A stretch of 64,000 nucleotides of DNA from Candidatus Cloacimonadales bacterium. Its GTDB lineage: Bacteria > Cloacimonadota > Cloacimonadia > Cloacimonadales > JAIOQZ01. Positions 60,661 through 64,000 of this stretch are shown here, piece by piece. The stretch lies in the NCBI GenBank assembly GCA_963665815.1, contig OY762463.1:1696001-1760000 (forward strand), given 5' to 3'. Position 1 is the first letter of the stretch; every line of letters begins with the position of its first letter. The translations under genes and the position numbers were made by a program. A model generated the notes under the pieces. It was not told the origin of the DNA. It was given only the letters and a program-made list of their open reading frames with translations, and did no database searches.

Positions 60661-60869
60661 TTTCAAAAACAAGAAAGGCAATTTATAACCATTAAACAGT
60701 GAGGAGTACAGTATGAAGCACAGGTATTTTCCTTAAGAAGGCAGATTGAAACAAATAAAATGACGATATTGTATAGCAGTATGTAAAATTTGACAAGTAA
60801 CACGAAATAACTAAAATCAAGAAAAAGGCCACCTTCTCAGGCAGCCTCTATATAACAAAATATCAAATA

Positions 60870-62552
60870 CTATTTCTTCATATTTCTTTTGATTCTTGCC
60901 CAGGTATCACGCATTGTACAGGTTCTGTTGAACACAGGTGCTCCCGGTTTAGAATCTATCGGATCGGTGTAGAAATATCCTGTTCTCAGGAACTGGAAGT
61001 GTGTTCCCGGTTCTGCATCTTTGAGCCCTGCTTCCAGAATACAGTTTTCGGCGTAAGTCAGGGAATCAGGATTAATATCTTCCATAAAATCACCTGCCTC
61101 TTCCGGTACTTCACTATTGAAAAGGTGATCATAAAGTCTAACTTCTGCTTTGAAGTTATGAGAAGCTGAAACCCAGTGTGATGTACCTTTTACCTTTCTG
61201 CCGTCATCTGACCAACCGCCTTTTGTTGTCGGATCGTAAGTACAGTGAACTTCTACAATGTTACCATCATCATCTTTTATAACATCATTACATGTAACAT
61301 AATAAGCATGTTTCAAGCGCACTTCTTTCCCCGGTGACATACGGAAATACTTCTTAGGAGGATTTTCCATAAAGTCTTCACGTTCAATGTAAAGCTCTCG
61401 TGAGAATATAATCTTTCTTCCTTTATCCTCCGGATCTTCCGGATTGTTTTCTGCCTGCAGTTCTTCAATCTGTCCTTCGGGATAGTTTGTAATTACCACT
61501 TTAAGGGGATCAAGCACAGCCATTACACGCATAGCTTTTTTGTTAAGTTCTTCCCTGACGCAGAACTGCAGCAGAGAGAAATCAACCATACTGTTTGCTT
61601 TTGCCAGTCCGATTCTCTCACAGAAATCTTTTATAGCTTCCGGAGTGTATCCTCTTCTTCGCATACCGGATACCGTTGGAAGACGCGGGTCATCCCAACC
61701 GATTACCTTGTTTTCTTCCACCAGACGGAGAAGTTTACGCTTACTCATCACAGTGTGTGTAAGGTTAAGACGTGCAAACTCAATCTGTCTTGGTTTACTA
61801 ACAGAGCTGACATTATCAACAAACCAGTCATAGAGCGGTCTGTGGTCTTCGAATTCCAGAGAACATAACGAGTGAGTAATGTGCTCAATTGCATCTGAAA
61901 GACAATGAGTGAAATCGTACATCGGATAGATGCACCAGTCATCACCTGTTCTGTGATGATGCACTTTTTTGATTCGGTAGATAACCGGATCACGCATATT
62001 AAGATTAGGTGAAGCCATATCGATTTTAGCTCTGAGCACAGCAGCACCTTCTTCAAATTCACCGTTTTTCATTTTCTCGAACAGTTCGAGGTTTTCTTCT
62101 ATTGATCTGTCTCTGTACGGGCTGTTTTTTCCCGGAGACTTTATTGTTCCTCTGTACTCCTTGTTTTCGTCGGGAGTAAGCTGACATACAAATGCTTTGT
62201 TACTTTTTATCAGTTCAATTGCATATTGGTAAAGCTGCTGAAAGTAATCCGAAGCATAGTGCATGTTATCCCACTGGAATCCGAGCCATTTAATATCATT
62301 CTGGATGGCATCAACGTATTCAACGTCTTCCAGGGCGGGATTAGTGTCATCAAATCTGAGGTTACATGTACCTTTGTAGTCAATAGCAATTCCAAAATTC
62401 AGGCAGATAGATTTTGCGTGCCCGATGTGAAGATATCCGTTTGGTTCCGGCGGAAATCTTGTTGCTATCTCTTTGTGCTTTCCTGTTCTGAGATCATCAT
62501 CAATAATATCTCTGATGAAATTCGAATTAGTTTCTTTTTCATGATTTTCCAT
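60870..62552 (-). CDS. glnS: Glutaminyl-tRNA synthetase
   Basis: '[15 protein letters not shown]', 'IYPMYDF', 'MSKRKL'; ATG 62552 after AAGGAG. Confidence 0.96.
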   Translation of the reverse strand: MENHEKETNSNFIRDIIDDDLRTGKHKEIATRFPPEPNGYLHIGHAKSICLNFGIAIDYKGTCNLRFDDTNPALEDVEYVDAIQNDIKWLGFQWDNMHYASDYFQQLYQYAIELIKSNKAFVCQLTPDENKEYRGTIKSPGKNSPYRDRSIEENLELFEKMKNGEFEEGAAVLRAKIDMASPNLNMRDPVIYRIKKVHHHRTGDDWCIYPMYDFTHCLSDAIEHITHSLCSLEFEDHRPLYDWFVDNVSSVSKPRQIEFARLNLTHTVMSKRKLLRLVEENKVIGWDDPRLPTVSGMRRRGYTPEAIKDFCERIGLAKANSMVDFSLLQFCVREELNKKAMRVMAVLDPLKVVITNYPEGQIEELQAENNPEDPEDKGRKIIFSRELYIEREDFMENPPKKYFRMSPGKEVRLKHAYYVTCNDVIKDDDGNIVEVHCTYDPTTKGGWSDDGRKVKGTSHWVSASHNFKAEVRLYDHLFNSEVPEEAGDFMEDINPDSLTYAENCILEAGLKDAEPGTHFQFLRTGYFYTDPIDSKPGAPVFNRTCTMRDTWARIKRNMKK

Positions 62553-62791
62553 GATTTTACTCCTTACCATTTATGCAATTAGTTTAAGAATTAACAATTT
62601 TATCCAGCGGATTCATGTCAAGCAAGTATTAATATGTTGGTGACTCCCCTTTTTTCTCAGCCACATAATACCTGTTCCCTGAAAGTTTGTTTTTACTTTG
62701 AACTTGCGAATTTCTTTTAGATTCCGGTCTCAGATAAACTCTTTTATTGATATTGAAATTCTGTAACACACAAAAGCAATTGCAGAAACCC

Positions 62792-62819
62792 AAAAAGGCT
62801 GTCATTGCTGACAGCCTTT
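62792..62819 (-). terminator. Rho-independent terminator of asnS
   Basis: aaggctgtca-ttgc-tgacagcctt with an A run on the left (T run on the minus strand). Confidence 0.8.
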
Positions 62820-62835
62820 CATACTTTATACAATA

Positions 62836-64000
62836 TTATGGTTGAATTCTATAAATCATTCTCGGGAATGGTATTGTTTCTCTTATGTGAGGAGAACCTG
62901 CCATCCAGGAAACTATTCTCTCAAGTCCAATACCAAAACCACTGTGAGGTACTGAACCATATTTTCTAAGATCAAGATACCATGAATATTCTTCGAGATC
63001 CATATCTTCTTTTTTCATTCTGCCAAGGAGGACTTCGTAGTCGTCTTCCCTTTGAGATCCACCGATTATTTCTCCGAAGCCTTCAGTTGCGATGAGGTCA
63101 GCACCAAGAACAATGTTTTCATCTTCCGGGTCACGTTTCATGTAGAAAGCTTTGATTTCTTTCGGCCATTTTTCAATGAATACCGGAACATCTGAGTTTT
63201 CAGTAATGAGTGCTTCGTCCGCAGCACCAAGATCATCGTTGTAACCTATCTCAGAACCTTTTGCTTTGAGATAGTCAACAGCTTCTCGGTGAGTCATTCT
63301 TTTGAAAGGAGCATCAGCTTTTTCCAGAGCTTCTATATCTCTTTCCATTATTTCGAGTTCTTTTCGGCATTTCTTGAGGACTGTGCGGATAATGTGTCTT
63401 ATCAATCCTTCCTGTATATCCATGTTTTCATCATGTTCAACAAAAGCAGCCTCCGCATCCATCATCCAGAATTCGGTAAGATGCTTACGTGTTTTGGACT
63501 TCTCAGCTCTGAATACAGGTCCGAAATCATATACACGTCCAAGACTCATAATTCCTGCTTCAAGATATAATTGTCCAGACTGTGACAGATAGGCATTACC
63601 AAGATCGAAATAAGGTACTTCGAACAGGGTTGTTGTTCCTTCACATGCGTTAGGAGTAAGGATTGGTGAATCGAATCTGAAGAAATCGTTGTCATTCAGA
63701 TACTCACAAACTGCATAGTAAACAGTATGTCTGATTCTCAATGTAGCCCATTGCTTGCGTGATCTAAGCCATAAATGTCTGTTGGAAAGCAGAAAGTCAG
63801 TTCCATGTTCCTTGTTGGAAATAGGATATTCCGGTGAGTCGGCAAGGAGTTTTACTGCTTTAACTGCTAACTCATACTGACCTTCTCTTTTAGGATGTTT
63901 AGCCGGTGTACCGACAATTTCAACGGATGATTCAAGACTGATTTTCTTAGCAGCTTTGAACTCTTCATCACCCATATCCGGTCTGAATGCAACACATTGT
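62836..64000 (-). CDS. asnS: Asparaginyl-tRNA synthetase (5' end outside window)
   Basis: 'RHLWLRS', 'YLSQSGQLY', 'FRAEKSKTRKHLTEFW', 'EIIGGSQRE', 'VPHSGFGIGLER'; frame open to the window edge. Confidence 0.95.
   Translation of the reverse strand, partial: QCVAFRPDMGDEEFKAAKKISLESSVEIVGTPAKHPKREGQYELAVKAVKLLADSPEYPISNKEHGTDFLLSNRHLWLRSRKQWATLRIRHTVYYAVCEYLNDNDFFRFDSPILTPNACEGTTTLFEVPYFDLGNAYLSQSGQLYLEAGIMSLGRVYDFGPVFRAEKSKTRKHLTEFWMMDAEAAFVEHDENMDIQEGLIRHIIRTVLKKCRKELEIMERDIEALEKADAPFKRMTHREAVDYLKAKGSEIGYNDDLGAADEALITENSDVPVFIEKWPKEIKAFYMKRDPEDENIVLGADLIATEGFGEIIGGSQREDDYEVLLGRMKKEDMDLEEYSWYLDLRKYGSVPHSGFGIGLERIVSWMAGSPHIRETIPFPRMIYRIQP

Noticed and set aside
62570..62790. T-box leader or small ORF (~46 codons) upstream of glnS
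   Set aside because: No GGTGGNACC T-box motif; the ORF has no RBS or recognisable features
341..63592. Numerous 60-150 aa ORFs antisense to or nested within long CDSs
   Set aside because: Shadow frames of well-supported genes, lacking RBSs and motifs
1..64000. tRNA, rRNA, CRISPR arrays, prophage, integrase or transposase genes
   Set aside because: None recognised by eye; tRNAscan-SE and Infernal would be needed to exclude small RNAs formally

Overview
AT-rich bacterial chromosomal segment, probably from Candidatus Cloacimonadota or a related FCB-like anaerobe. This is inferred from several secreted proteins ending in a 'YPNPFNPET...SGVYF...KxMLLK' FlgD-Ig/T9SS-like tail and from TPR-HisKA proteins. 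Housekeeping genes include mutL, thiD, nadB, rimI, rfbB, aroC fused to chorismate mutase, rsmA, mrp, ispG, dapD, glnS and a partial asnS. Accessory modules: an unusual sugar ABC transporter, a CheR-like methyltransferase coupled to an MBL hydrolase, a GH130/GHL10/CBM9-like glycan operon, a divergent TPR-HisKA / TPR hybrid-kinase pair with PilZ, two convergent TldD/TldE pairs with a SagB-type dehydrogenase, and tandem secreted beta-helix paralogs sharing an identical 638-bp 3' tract. Intergenic DNA holds five copies of a ~125-160 bp TIR-bounded MITE-like element, all in the sense of the adjacent gene. It also holds a second ~165-200 bp structured repeat (2 copies), REP-like palindromes, a candidate anti-SD sRNA and two sigma-54-type promoters. 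No rRNA, tRNA, CRISPR array or transposase was seen. All calls are by eye; no database searches were run.
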